A stretch of DNA of 64,000 nt from Diplonema japonicum. Its lineage: Eukaryota; Protista; Euglenozoa: Diplonemea. The DNA is taken from NCBI GenBank assembly GCA_964019335.1, contig OZ025751.1:1-64000 (forward strand). Direction: 5' to 3'. The position numbers and the translations under genes are program-made. The notes below the pieces were generated by a model that saw only the letters and a list, made by a program, of their open reading frames with translations, was not told the DNA's origin and searched no databases. Shown in pieces: positions 41,838 through 53,632 of the stretch; position 1 is the stretch's first letter; each line of letters starts with the position of its first letter.

Positions 41838-43146
41838 GGAACAACGCGGCAGCTGAAAGATCGCTGGGCAACCGTGCTGGGGAGGCCGTAAGCTGGGACT
41901 TAGCAGGCCGTTCATCTTCCACTAAAGCATTGAGGTCCAAGAAGAACGACGCCCACGGAGATTCTTCACTGTCTTGCCCATTCTGTTTATATATAAAAAA
42001 AAAAAATTTTTTTTTTCGTACTCCACAAACATACCCTAACAGAAATCAAATACTCATTACTGTCCTCTGTTATTTTTACAAGCTCCGCAGAAAGCCGCGG
42101 GTTAAGCTTTAGAAACGGGACCTTTACCTGATTTTTTTTTTTTTTTTTTTTTAATATATTTCCAATACCTCGTCCCCCTCCGCTTTCAATTCCACCCGAG
42201 CTTCTTTGATATGGTTCAGAGCGATCGAGAAAAAATCCCCAATGGTCCTGACGAGGAGGTTTTTGGGTCCTTGAGATTCGATGAGGTCTCTGAGCTTTTT
42301 CAGCAACTCGGGTTCGACCTCGCCCTCCTCGCCGAGGATCGCCTCGTGCAGCGCGGTAGATGACGAAGCGTGTATTCCCAGAATAATGTCTGTTGCTGTG
42401 CGAACCTCATTGAAGATTTGCTGGATGTCAGTGAAAGAAGAGGCGGCTTTGAACTCAGTAAGTGACCGCTCTCGTAACGCCTCACGACACGCGTCAGATA
42501 TGGTCCTTGTCAGCAGTGAAATGTCAATGTTGATGGGAAGATCGTGGATTTCAGTGGCGGAGGAAAGACAAATATCGTCAGAAGGAGTCAATGCGTGAAC
42601 GGCAGTTGAAATAAAATGTGTTGCTGCCAAGGTGTACACCCCAGAGATGACCCTTGATAGGGTGGCAACTACAAGATCTGCCCAAATCGACTTAATTTCA
42701 TCCTTTGTGTAGTTGCCTCGGTTTTCCGCTTTCAGTTTCTGCTTCATCTCGTCGAGAGGGAAGGCGCTTTCTATGCCAAGTTCGATGGACCTCATCGCTT
42801 CATGAGTTGAAACCTCGGAGTCGAGAAGGAACTGGCCGTTGTCTGTGCTCATTGCCCCCGCGCCGCTGAAATGCCGTTTCAGCGCCCACATTCCCCCGGA
42901 AAACAGAACTCCTAGTATTTTTTCTCGCGTGCGTTGGTGTCGCCAAGCGGCAACCATGCCCATTCCTGCCAGTATCGGTGGGGCCAGCCAAGCGTACCTT
43001 CCCCATTTGATGCCCTTCCCCCTCCCAGGGTGCTTCTCCAGATGTTTTTCCAGCGTGTGAAGCCGATCCAACCCCGGTCTCCGCGGGGGGATGCCCAGCC
43101 TTGCCAGCTCTGCGGCGTATTCCTCTCGTGGAATATCTTTCATCAT
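41833..43146 (-). CDS. PEX3: PEX3-like peroxisomal membrane biogenesis protein; introns 42128-42168 and 41983-42034
   Basis: N-terminal TM, LKRHF, KSIWADL...SRVISGVY. Splicing 41- and 52-nt GT..AG introns adds VKVPFLKLNP.. and ..AAALFQ* in frame. Confidence 0.6.
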
Positions 43147-43690
43147 TTTTTTTTTTTTTTTTGTTTGTTTCCCCCTCCACACACACCCCCTCCCGGGTCC
43201 CTTCCACACCCTCTCCCACTGATGCCTTTTGGAGGCTTTTTTTTGTGAGGAAATAAAAAAATGGAGCGGGGGAAAAGGGCAAGAGCGATTTTTTTTTCTT
43301 TTTGTCAACGAGGTTTATTCTTTAAGAATTTTAAAGAATGCGTGGGGTTTTTTTTTTGGGGGGAGGAGGGTGGGGGTATTTTGACTATTTTTTTTTGTCA
43401 GAGGCCATTCCGGCCCTTAAAAGTGGGAATTAAGTGTTTTCCTTCCCGATAAAGATGCCACGGCGAAAATAGCTACCCCGTATTACCTTAGGGATATCCC
43501 CAAAAAAAAGCTGCCCCGTGAGGAAAACAGCAGTGAAAAGCTAACTAATCGGTTTTTTTATTATTTATTTTATATTTTTTCTGCCTCGCTAAAACCGCGA
43601 CTACATATAGATATATATAATTTTTATTTCTTGTTCAAGAATATGAAACGGGCGACGGGGTCCCCCATCGTCTGCTCCCTCCTGCTCGCC

Positions 43691-45414
43691 CTACTTTATC
43701 CCCCATTTTTCCAAAATGCCTCGGTCGGCGGTCGGCGAATCCATCAACCTGGAGAACACAGGCGGGCTAGAGAGCTTAGTCTGTACATTTTTTTTTTTTC
43801 TTTTTTTTTTCCCCTTAAAAATACCTGGGAGAATCGCTTGTTCCAAGCATCGAAATGCTCCTGCACGCATGGGTCGGCATGGTGTCCCACAGGTACGGTG
43901 TGTACAGTGAACCCGCTTTGGGACGACTGACTCACCGCTGTAAAGGAGAGAGTTACAGGGCGGGCTGAAGACAACCAGGACCGAACGAACGGCCAAGCAA
44001 CGTGCCCACCAACACCCACTGGACACGCTGCATGCGTCAGCTCCATCTTAACAGAACAAAAGGAAACCAACGACAACTTCCTGGCCCCACCTTTCGGGGT
44101 AACGTACATCAGCCCTTGGATGTCATGTTTCGGGGGGTCGTACAAAACCGCATGTTCACGAAGAATCTCAACCCATCTATCGATGGACCTGTCGGGTGGG
44201 ATAAAGGAGAACCCGGAACAACCCAAAGAACTGCTTCTGAGGTGGACAACACCATTGTGAACAGCGTACTGTAAATTGTTCATTGAGATCTGAGCGACGA
44301 CTGTTTCATCGTTACACACTGTGATGCTTTTCTGTGCAATGTCAACACATAAGGTTGCCGATACAGATAATGTCGAGACACATTCACCAGGAGCGGCTTT
44401 GAGCTTGACCTGTAAAAACTCGCGCAGCGTAAAAACAAATTTGGCCACGGACTTCACCGCGGCCAGCCAAGAAACGTGTTCATTTTCAGAAGGGAACTGA
44501 ATCATGAAACCTTTCGAAGGGCTCGTGACCAGCATCGTTTTCCCGTTCTCCCCGGCGGGGGACGCGAATAATATCTCATTCACAACGGCTTCCGACAGGT
44601 CGTACAGAACCGACGGTGTGTTTTTGTTGGAAACGGTGCTTATTCGCACGCCCTCTTCGCTCATACTCATTGCGATGGATTGTTTTGTCCATCCTTTCGA
44701 AGCCCATGCGTTGTGCATCACGTAACAACTTGTCTGCGGTGGGGTATGATGTTCTACTTTTTTCCTCTCTCGAACAGTGTTAACTACAACAGGTTTTGCC
44801 GTTGAGCGTGAGGGCGTTCTTCTTCCAACGAAGAAGGCCCACACACAAACAGCACCGCAACACATTACAACAACAAGCAACATGATATAAGTTATATAAG
44901 ATGTCGCGGTACACGCCGGTTTGTTCCCACCATACACCCCGCCTTTTTTGAACTGCACCTCTATTAGATTGTTACACCCGTTGCCTTGTAAAGTGACAAG
45001 CGTGTCTGACAGTGCTAAAGGTGGGATTTCCACTCTGTCGTAGCCTATGAAAATTCGGGAAATATCGCTTTCCCCGTTGCGGCCTAGGTTGCAGCTGATG
45101 GTGTTAAGAAGTGCCTTGGAGGTGTATGCTACAGGAAGGGTCATCCCCTGGAGCCCGCCGCCTGAAGAATCCTTCACTTTCAAGAACCATTTTTCCGCCA
45201 CGGATTTCGCCCTCCACAGGAGGATATCCCTCAGCAGGTCGAGAACAAACCGGACCACCACCAAGACCAAGACAATGCACACCGCGTACAGGACGTACCG
45301 CATTTTCCGAAATTTTTCTGCGAGGGACCATTGTTCCAAGTACTTCCCCACGTATGGCACCTTTCGTAAGTCTGTCAAGGCAGCACCAACGACGACGGGT
45401 GCTGCAAACCACAT
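43691..45414 (-). CDS. Hypothetical membrane protein with possible PH-like domains; intron 43781-43824
   Basis: Two TM segments; FPSENEHVSWLAAVK and DRWVEIL resemble PH C-terminal helices. A 44-nt GT..AG intron removes the poly-K read-through. Confidence 0.65.
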
Positions 45415-45506
45415 TTTCTTTTTTTCCTTCTCGCACCCCCCTCTGATGGTTTGTTTTGGGGGGAAGGGAAGTTTAAAAAAAAGAAAAAAAAGAAAAAAAA
45501 CGTTTC

Positions 45507-46607
45507 TCATTGTAAAAAGATAGTAGCCGGCAACGGTGCCCTCGGCAGCACGACGAACCTCAGCACCAGTCGATCGGACTCTTTGATCACGTCATACGAG
45601 GATAGCTGTCGCCCGTTGATATGCGTCACCCTCTGCCCTATTAGGCTGGAGAGACCAGCATGGTAGCCCGGGCTGCCGGGTAGTACTGCGAGAAGCAGTC
45701 CGGAGAGCGTGAAGGAGGCTCCAAGGGGCGTGCCTCGAGGTTTCACGATTTCGATCTCCCGGGTGAGGTTTTCCTTCGGTTGCTGTTGTTGTAGCTGCCT
45801 CATGTGTTCCCTCTCTGCTTGGATGTGCACGCTCAGCGCATGCTGCTGGTGGTGCTGGTGTTGCTGCTGCAACAACAGTTGCTGGTTCAGGTACTCACGT
45901 TCGTTGTGCATCTGGGATTCCTTGTGCGCAAGCTGTTGCTTGAAGTACTCCTGCTCTCTCGCTGCTTGCTGCTGTTGCTGCTCGTACATCCTTCGTGTCT
46001 CCTCCTGCTGCTGCTGCTCGTACATCCTCCGCGTCTCCTCCTGCTGCTGCTGCTGTTCGTACACCCTTCGCGTTTCCTGCTGCTGCATGTGTTGCCCAGC
46101 AACTTGCGCCAAAGTTTCTTTCTGTGCAAGATGCTGCTGCTTCAAGAACTCCCGCTGCTGTTGTTCATTCAAAGCAGCCGCTTGCAACTGTTGTTTGAGG
46201 AGCTCGCCCTCCTGGGCCGCTTGCTGGTTCCGCTGGTCTGTTGCCACTCCCAAATATTCACGGACCGCATGGATCTGCGCAGGCACGCTTTGAGAAGATC
46301 CTTCCTTAGCTTGTTGCATCTGCTGGCGTGACATGCTGTAGGGTACAGTTTGGTCTAAGGACTGGTAAGGGGGCAGCATGCTCTTCACCAGCAAAGCGGT
46401 TGAGTCGGAGTGCTTCTGGTCTGATGTTCTTGAGACGGCACCAGACACAGGGGTCGCACAGGGTGTTGGGGTGTGGGCCACATCGGTCCTCAGAGCCCTG
46501 GGTTGCTGCTGCTTTGCAGCCTCTTCCTCTTCGAGAGGCTTCTTGCTCGACGATTTGCTCATTTCATTTTCAAGCTCCTTCAAGAGTTGGTTCACGTTAT
46601 GCGCCAT
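45507..46607 (-). CDS. Gln-rich coiled-coil protein with a C-terminal PDZ-like domain
   Basis: QQQQEETRRMYE repeats; PLGASF..VLPGSPGYHAGL..GQRVTHING..LVLRF. Confidence 0.75.
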   Translation of the reverse strand: MAHNVNQLLKELENEMSKSSSKKPLEEEEAAKQQQPRALRTDVAHTPTPCATPVSGAVSRTSDQKHSDSTALLVKSMLPPYQSLDQTVPYSMSRQQMQQAKEGSSQSVPAQIHAVREYLGVATDQRNQQAAQEGELLKQQLQAAALNEQQQREFLKQQHLAQKETLAQVAGQHMQQQETRRVYEQQQQQEETRRMYEQQQQEETRRMYEQQQQQAAREQEYFKQQLAHKESQMHNEREYLNQQLLLQQQHQHHQQHALSVHIQAEREHMRQLQQQQPKENLTREIEIVKPRGTPLGASFTLSGLLLAVLPGSPGYHAGLSSLIGQRVTHINGRQLSSYDVIKESDRLVLRFVVLPRAPLPATIFLQ

Positions 46608-46977
46608 CTAGAGCCACCTTAGTGACGGGGACAACTACCCCCTTCTCACCACCTGGCCTGGGGGGGGGGGGGGGGGGGGCTTTCTTTTTTGTGGGCAAAA
46701 GATAAAAAAAAAAGGACCGAAGAAACAAAAGAAAAAGCGAAAATCGAAACAAAAGATAAAAAAAAGAAAGACGTTCAAATAAAAAAAAAAGAAAAAAAGA
46801 AGAAGGATGGAGAGGGAAAAAAAAATTAACGGAAGGAGACTCTCTTTTTTTTTTTTTGCTCTTTTTTTGCTCTTTTTTTTCCCCCTTCCATCTTTGGCAA
46901 TGGTGGCCGCCAAAATGTTTTTTTTTTTTTTTTTTTTTTATCTTCCACTCCTTTCTTTTTTTTTTGTTACCCCCTAC

Positions 46978-48201
46978 CTACAGCTTCGACTGCCTGCTTG
47001 CAAGCTCAAGCATGATTTCCTCGGATCCACCGCCGATGGCCATGACACGTACTTCACGGTAAAGTCGTTCCACCTTTGAAGCACGGCTGCCTCGGATGAA
47101 GGATTTCCCACCGAAAACTTGGCAGGCCTCTCTGGCGGCTTTCTCAAGTGTACGGGTGGTCAGGAGCTTCAACATCGAAAGCTTCGCGATGAGCAAAGGA
47201 TCGGTTTCGTTTCCCTTCGCTGCTTCGTTCACCATCCAAGCACATTGGTCGAGGAAGGCCTGGGAAGCCTCAATGTCCTTGATGACCTCAATAAGCTTCC
47301 AGCGAATGCCTTGGTTCGCGATGAGCGGCTTTCCAAAGGTTTTTCGTTGTCTGGCGTAGACGATAGCTTCTTCCATGCAGATTCTTGAAGCGGCAATGGA
47401 AGAGTTAGCCATGTTTACACGCTCCATATTGAAGTTGTTCATTACATAGTAGAAGCCTCTGTTCAATTTTCCAATCAGGTTTTTTTTTGGAACTTTAACG
47501 TTTTCAAAAGCAATGACAGCGGTGTCGGAGCACAACCATCCCATTTTTTTCATTGGGGTCGTTTTTATCCCCGGCATGGTGCTGTCCAGGAGCATAAGAG
47601 ACATACCAGCAAGGCCTTTACCGGACGTGCGGACAACCACTGTGAAATAATCGGCCTTGCAGCCTGACGTGATGAAAGTTTTGTTACCGTTGACAATCCA
47701 ATGGTCACCTTTGTCAACCGCTGTTGTTTGAATGTTCGCTACATCCGAACCTCCAGCTGGTTCGGTGATGCACAAACAGATTATTTTCTCCCCCGATGCT
47801 ACACCTGTTGCTACCTCTTGTTTCATCCATTCCGGACCCCAGTTGAGAATAGGCGGTAAACCGATTCCCCATGTCATTAAAGCGGGACCGAACCCCAAGC
47901 TTCCACACCTTACCATTTCTTCGTTGACGATGAGGCTGTGGAAGATGTCCTGATCGGGTATGACTGTCCCGCCGTACTTTGCCGGAATGCCCAGGTTGTA
48001 GAAACCCGTATGGTGCTGAGCAGCTTTTTGGTGCAGGCTTCTCGGGATGGCCCCGTCTTCCTCCCATTGATCGATGTGCGGCTCGACCTCCTTTAAAATC
48101 CATTCTTTCAAACCCGCTCTCAGTTTTTTGTGAGACTCCTTCTCCGGGTATGCCGTCCATCTTGGGCAGTCCATGCTATATGGTATAATTTTTCCAGACA
48201 T
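46978..48201 (-). CDS. Acyl-CoA dehydrogenase with PTS1 (-SKL)
   Basis: ITEPAGGSDV, NGNKTFIT, RKTFGKPL, QVFGG, IGGGSEEIM; C-terminal SKL. Confidence 0.93.
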   Translation of the reverse strand: MSGKIIPYSMDCPRWTAYPEKESHKKLRAGLKEWILKEVEPHIDQWEEDGAIPRSLHQKAAQHHTGFYNLGIPAKYGGTVIPDQDIFHSLIVNEEMVRCGSLGFGPALMTWGIGLPPILNWGPEWMKQEVATGVASGEKIICLCITEPAGGSDVANIQTTAVDKGDHWIVNGNKTFITSGCKADYFTVVVRTSGKGLAGMSLMLLDSTMPGIKTTPMKKMGWLCSDTAVIAFENVKVPKKNLIGKLNRGFYYVMNNFNMERVNMANSSIAASRICMEEAIVYARQRKTFGKPLIANQGIRWKLIEVIKDIEASQAFLDQCAWMVNEAAKGNETDPLLIAKLSMLKLLTTRTLEKAAREACQVFGGKSFIRGSRASKVERLYREVRVMAIGGGSEEIMLELASRQSKL

Positions 48202-49093
48202 TTCTTTTTTTTTTTTTTTTTGGGTTTTGGTTTTAAAAAAAAAAAGTGAGGGGAGAGAGGGTGGTCTGTAATGAGTAATGAGCGTTTTTTTTTTTGTTAA
48301 TCTAGGTCTTTTCCAATAATAGGATCAGGCGGGGGGGGGGGGGGGGGGGGGGGGGGTTGTGTCGTGGTTTGGTTAATTCCGGCGTTTAAGAAAAAAAGGA
48401 AAGAAAAAAAGGGGGAAAAAAAAGCCCCAGGGGAAAAAGGGAGAGAAAGTATTTTTTTTCTTTTGTCGATCGTTTGTATACTTGGGCTTTTTTTTTTCTC
48501 TTCTTCTTTTTTTTTTTCTTTTCAACAAGCCGTAAACGCTTTCCATCAACTAGTGTATTCAAAAAAAAAATAAACCAGCCTCATTTGTTAGTTATAGTAA
48601 GTTGTTTCAGTTTTTTTTTTTTTTTTTTTTTTTTGTAATCGGGGAGTAGAGAAAGGACGAGGAGGGGGGCTTTTCACATTTTTTGAAATTGATGTATTTG
48701 GCAATTTCGTGTGTGTTTTTGTAGATTTTTCAGCTTCCGTCGGAAAATCAAAGTGTTTTAAAAAGCATCCCCCCTCCCCCAAACTCAAAAAGAAATTATA
48801 ATACCCCAAAGAAAAGGATTCATCCGTGCGTTCGTGTGAGCAGGTAAAAGGGTTCATTTCATTGAGAATCACCTATTTTTTCTTCTTTTTTTTTCTTTCC
48901 TTAAATGATCGATGCTTTTTCTTTTCTTTTTCTTTCCCCCCCCCCGTATTTTAAAAAGAAATTTTTACGATCTGAAAAAAAAAAACAACAAATATAAAAG
49001 AAATAACTTTTATTAATGCTGGTTGAGCAAATGAAGGCCAAGCAAATTTTTTTTTCTAGAATTTGCTGAAGGGTCCTCAAACTTATTACAACT

Positions 49094-49128
<35 letters not shown>

Positions 49129-49243
49129 AAAAGAAAAAGTTCTTTCTTCTCTCCTAGAGAAGAAAAAAAAAAACAAAAAAAAAGTGCCTTTCAAGAATAA
49201 AAGTTTGTTAACTAATCTTAAATTTCAGAATTTTGCTAAAACT

Positions 49244-50386
49244 TTACATCCTCGCAAAAAGCGTGGGCTTAAGATGTTTCTCGTGCCCTGGAAACGTGAC
49301 CAGTGTCTTGACGACACAAGACTTGTAATTGGCTGCAAGGTCGTACGCCGTAGGGAAGTCCTTGAAATCAAATCTGTGCGTGAAGACACTGTTCAAGCCC
49401 GTAAGCTTCCCCGACTCCAGCAACTCCATCGCCTCCCCAAACGTGGCCATAGAAGGAGCGTGGGTAGTAATGTACCGAACATTGCGCGCAAAATCCCCAA
49501 ATCGAATTGTCATGTGGTGCGAAGACTCTGCGGGAGGCAGACCGAACACAAGCACTACCCCATCATTCTTCGTCACCGCCGCTGCTATGTCGAGAGATCG
49601 TGACTGGTGCCCGACCATTTCCAACGTTATATCAGCTTTTCCCCCCAACGCTTTTGTTATCCTCTCTTCCACATCAACCGCATTGCCTGAAACAACGCTG
49701 TCCGCACCAAGTTTCTTCGCCATGTCCAACCGGTAACCCATCAAGTCCACCGCAACTATTTTTTTAACCGCCATGAGACTAAGCATTTTTGTCATTATCA
49801 GCCCGTTCTGACCCTGGCCCACAACAACAATTTTTTTGCCGACTATGGATGGTAAGCGTTTTAGTGCGTGAAGGACCGTTCCAAGAGGCTGCGCTGCAAT
49901 GTAGTGCAACCTTGAAAATGTGGGGCAGGGTGTTCTTGCTGGGACGGGAATTGTCAATGCGTCATATGTTAGGAAGTACTCGCAAAATGAACCTTGGGAA
50001 GGGAGGTTTTTCACAGGGTAGCCTGTAGTTTGTTCGAATTCTTCTGCAACACTGTCGACGCCTTGTAAGTAGTTTGTTGTCATGCACAGGACTAGTGTCC
50101 CTACAGGGGTTCGACATGGTTTGTTGACGTTGATTACTTCACCTAGTACCTCGTGACCGCTGCCGCCCACGCAGCCTTTTTTTGCCCAGAAGTGATCGAT
50201 GACTCCTCTCCACTCTCCTTCGCCTCCCTTGCCCCATAGGTCGCTTCCGCATATGGACGTTACCACCGTCTTGACGATCATCATCCCCTTTGGAAGCCCC
50301 TCCAGAGTCGGCATCTCAACATCTTTCACAACAGCTCGGACCTTCTTCGAGCCTGCGGGTTCTTCTATTTGAAATGCAGCTTTCAT
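49244..50386 (-). CDS. Zn-dependent MDR alcohol/polyol dehydrogenase with a PTS1-like -ARM
   Basis: ICGSD, GHE, GQGQNG Rossmann motif; lacks the structural-Zn 4-Cys loop; C-terminal ARM. Confidence 0.85.
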   Translation of the reverse strand: MKAAFQIEEPAGSKKVRAVVKDVEMPTLEGLPKGMMIVKTVVTSICGSDLWGKGGEGEWRGVIDHFWAKKGCVGGSGHEVLGEVINVNKPCRTPVGTLVLCMTTNYLQGVDSVAEEFEQTTGYPVKNLPSQGSFCEYFLTYDALTIPVPARTPCPTFSRLHYIAAQPLGTVLHALKRLPSIVGKKIVVVGQGQNGLIMTKMLSLMAVKKIVAVDLMGYRLDMAKKLGADSVVSGNAVDVEERITKALGGKADITLEMVGHQSRSLDIAAAVTKNDGVVLVFGLPPAESSHHMTIRFGDFARNVRYITTHAPSMATFGEAMELLESGKLTGLNSVFTHRFDFKDFPTAYDLAANYKSCVVKTLVTFPGHEKHLKPTLFARM

Positions 50387-50745
50387 TTTTTTTTTTTGTG
50401 TGTAATGAGCAAAGGGGGTGTGTGGGGGGGGGAAACGACCTCTTTCTTTTGTGTTTGGATTTTTTTTTTTGAAACATAATGATAATAATAAAGGGGGCCC
50501 AAAAGAAAGAGAAAAAAAAAAGAGGGGGGGAAAAAAACGTCGATTGGCTTGGGGGAGGAACAACCATCAAAAAAAAAGGTGGGGGGTGTGCCCAAAAAGT
50601 AAAAAGAAAAATAACACTGGGAGGGGGTGGGGACTTAAAAAAAAAAGAGACCAAACTCAACAAGTGGAAATAACTATAATAAAAAAAAAAAGGAAAAAAA
50701 AAAAAAGAGATGAATGTTGGTTCAAAGTGACCTCAGGCAATAAGC

Positions 50746-51091
50746 CTAAGCGAAAAGCATAAGGAAGGCAATCATGAGGGCGAAAAGGCCGATGGCCTCA
50801 GTCAGGGCGAAGCCCAGAATGGCGTAGTTGAAGAGGGCCCTCATCATGTTGGGCTGACGGGCGGCAGCGAGAAGGAAGCTGCCGAAAACGTTACCAATAC
50901 CAACACCGACACCCGCAAGGGCGATGGCCGACAGACCTGAAGGGGGGAGGGGAGTTATTATTTTTCTCTTTATCCATACCAGTGCCGACGTAGTTCAGCC
51001 CAGAGATGGTCACCTGGAGGGAGCTGGAGTTCCTCACCTGGGGGGCAACGATGGCCGAACGGGCGGCAACACGGAGACCAGAGCGCATCAT
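50746..51091 (-). CDS. ATP9: Mitochondrial ATP synthase subunit c, copy 1 (intron 50937-50979)
   Basis: Spliced 100 aa: presequence, [34 protein letters not shown]. Confidence 0.95.
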
Positions 51092-51292
51092 TTTAATTAA
51101 GGGGGTTGAAAAGTTTGCCGGCTCACTGTTCGGTAGTTTCCCTTCCCACAAGAACACAGCGGAACAAAAAAAAGAATAATGAATAGTAAAAAAAATGACC
51201 CAGAAATAAAAAAAAATGAACCAATCACTAGAACACCCCCCCAAAAAAAAACACTATTTTTTTCTTCCCTTTCTAAACCACAGGCAATAAGC

Positions 51293-51645
51293 CTAAGCGA
51301 AAAGCATAAGGAAGGCAATCATGAGGGCGAAAAGGCCGATGGCCTCAGTCAGGGCGAAACCCAGAATGGCGTAGTTGAAGAGGGCCCTCATCATGTTGGG
51401 CTGACGGGCGGCAGCGAGAAGGAAGCTGCCGAAAACGTTACCAATACCAACACCGACACCCGCAAGGGCGATGGCCGACAGACCTGAAGGGGGGGAAGGG
51501 TTTTTATTTATTTTATTTTTCCCCTTTCCATACCAGTGCCGACGTAGTTCAGCCCAGAGATGGTCACCTGGAGGGAGCTGGAGTTCCTCACCTGGGGAGC
51601 AACGATGGCCGAACGAGCGGCAACACGGAGACCAGAGCGCATCAT
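51293..51645 (-). CDS. ATP9: ATP synthase subunit c, copy 2 (intron 51484-51533)
   Basis: 303-nt spliced CDS near-identical to copy 1. Confidence 0.95.
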
Positions 51646-51921
51646 TTTAATAAGAGTGGTGGGTTGGTGCTGTCGATAAATATATTTTTTAAAATAAAAG
51701 AGTAATACAAAAAGAACAAAAAAAAAGAAGAAAAAAAACCCTTTTATCCGTCAATAGCCTCATGATCACGCATGAAGGAATATTGGGAATAAAAATAAGT
51801 AAAAAAAAAAAAAAAAAAAAAAGCAACCCCTAATACCACCCCAGGTACTGAATACCCACCTAAAAAAAAAAAAAAAAAAAGAAACACTTAAAGAAAAAAA
51901 ACCCTCAACTCGGCCTAAAGC

Positions 51922-52275
51922 CTAAGCGAAAAGCATAAGGAAGGCAATCATGAGGGCGAAAAGGCCGATGGCCTCAGTCAGGGCGAAGCCCAGAATGGCG
52001 TAGTTGAAGAGGGCCCTCATCATGTTGGGCTGACGGGCGGCAGCGAGAAGGAAGCTGCCGAAAACGTTACCAATACCAACACCGACACCCGCAAGGGCGA
52101 TGGCCGACAGACCTGAAGGGGGGGAAGGGTTTTTAATTTATTTTATTTTTCCCCTTTCCATACCAGTGCCGACGTAGTTCAGCCCAGAGATGGTCACCTG
52201 GAGGGAGCTGGAGTTCCTCACCTGGGGGGCAACGATGGCCGAACGGGCGGCAACACGGAGACCAGAGCGCATCAT
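51922..52275 (-). CDS. ATP9: ATP synthase subunit c, copy 3 (intron 52113-52163)
   Basis: 303-nt spliced CDS near-identical to copy 1. Confidence 0.95.
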
Positions 52276-52535
52276 TTTAATTTAAAGCGGAGATTAACGT
52301 GATAACTGATTTTTTTTTTTTTAAATGGCTGATGTTAGCAAGCCACACCAAGCAACAGACACTAACTATTCTTACAAATAAATAAAAATACCCACAGCCC
52401 AAGGGGAGAAATAAAAAAAGAAAAGAGGGGGAAATATAAAGAGAAAAAAAAAAAACCCAGAAAAAAAGAAGAAAAAAAAGAGACACTAAAAAATAAAAGT
52501 GAGTGAGGGGAGGGGGGAGATTCTAGGCAATAAGC

Positions 52536-52882
52536 CTAAGCGAAAAGCATAAGGAAGGCAATCATGAGGGCGAAAAGGCCGATGGCCTCAGTCAGGGCGA
52601 AACCCAGAATGGCGTAGTTGAAGAGGGCCCTCATCATGTTGGGCTGACGGGCGGCAGCGAGAAGGAAGCTGCCGAAAACGTTACCAATACCAACACCGAC
52701 ACCCGCAAGGGCGATGGCCGACAGACCTGAAGGGGGGGAGGGGAGTTATTATTTTTCTCTTTATCCATACCAGTGCCGACGTAGTTCAGCCCAGAGATGG
52801 TCACCTGGAGGGAGCTGGAGTTCCTCACCTGGGGGGCAACGATGGCCGAACGGGCGGCAACACGGAGACCAGAGCGCATCAT
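52536..52882 (-). CDS. ATP9: ATP synthase subunit c, copy 4 (intron 52727-52770)
   Basis: 303-nt spliced CDS near-identical to copy 1. Confidence 0.95.
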
Positions 52883-53090
52883 TTTAATTAAGGGGGCTGG
52901 TTATCTATTGTTTTTATCACAAAAAAAAGGGGGGAGACGAGCAACAACAAAACAAATATAAATAACATGTGGTCCCGGTGGGGGTGGGGTAAAAAAAAAA
53001 TGAAAATCCCAACACTTGAAAATAAAAAAAGCGGCAAAAAAAAAAGGGGGGGAAGGGGAAACTCATCGGAGGGGAAAGACTACCTAAAGC

Positions 53091-53444
53091 CTAAGCGAAA
53101 AGCATAAGGAAGGCAATCATGAGGGCGAAAAGGCCGATGGCCTCAGTCAGGGCGAAGCCCAGAATGGCGTAGTTGAAGAGGGCCCTCATCATGTTGGGCT
53201 GACGGGCGGCAGCGAGAAGGAAGCTGCCGAAAACGTTACCAATACCAACACCGACACCCGCAAGGGCGATGGCCGACAGACCTGAAGGGGGGGAAGGGTT
53301 TTTTATTTATTTTATTTTTCCCCTTTCCATACCAGTGCCGACGTAGTTCAGCCCAGAGATGGTCACCTGGAGGGAGCTGGAGTTCCTCACCTGGGGGGCA
53401 ACGATGGCCGAACGAGCGGCAACACGGAGACCAGAGCGCATCAT
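53091..53444 (-). CDS. ATP9: ATP synthase subunit c, copy 5 (intron 53282-53332)
   Basis: 303-nt spliced CDS near-identical to copy 1. Confidence 0.95.
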
Positions 53445-53632
53445 TTTAATTTAGTGAAAATGTAAAGATAACTTTTTTTTTTTGTGTATGTGTGGGGGAA
53501 CATCGGACAACCAAACAAAAAAAAGAAATATATGTTTTGCTGATGCTTCTTCTTGATTTGATACCCTAAAACTTCACCTTTTTTTCCATTTTTTTTTTTT
53601 TTTTTTTTTCCTCCTTTTATTTTTTTTCCAAC

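Noticed and set aside
43440-43555. HDV-like ribozyme (GCTAA motif)
   Set aside because: I could not build the P1/P3/L3 pseudoknot.
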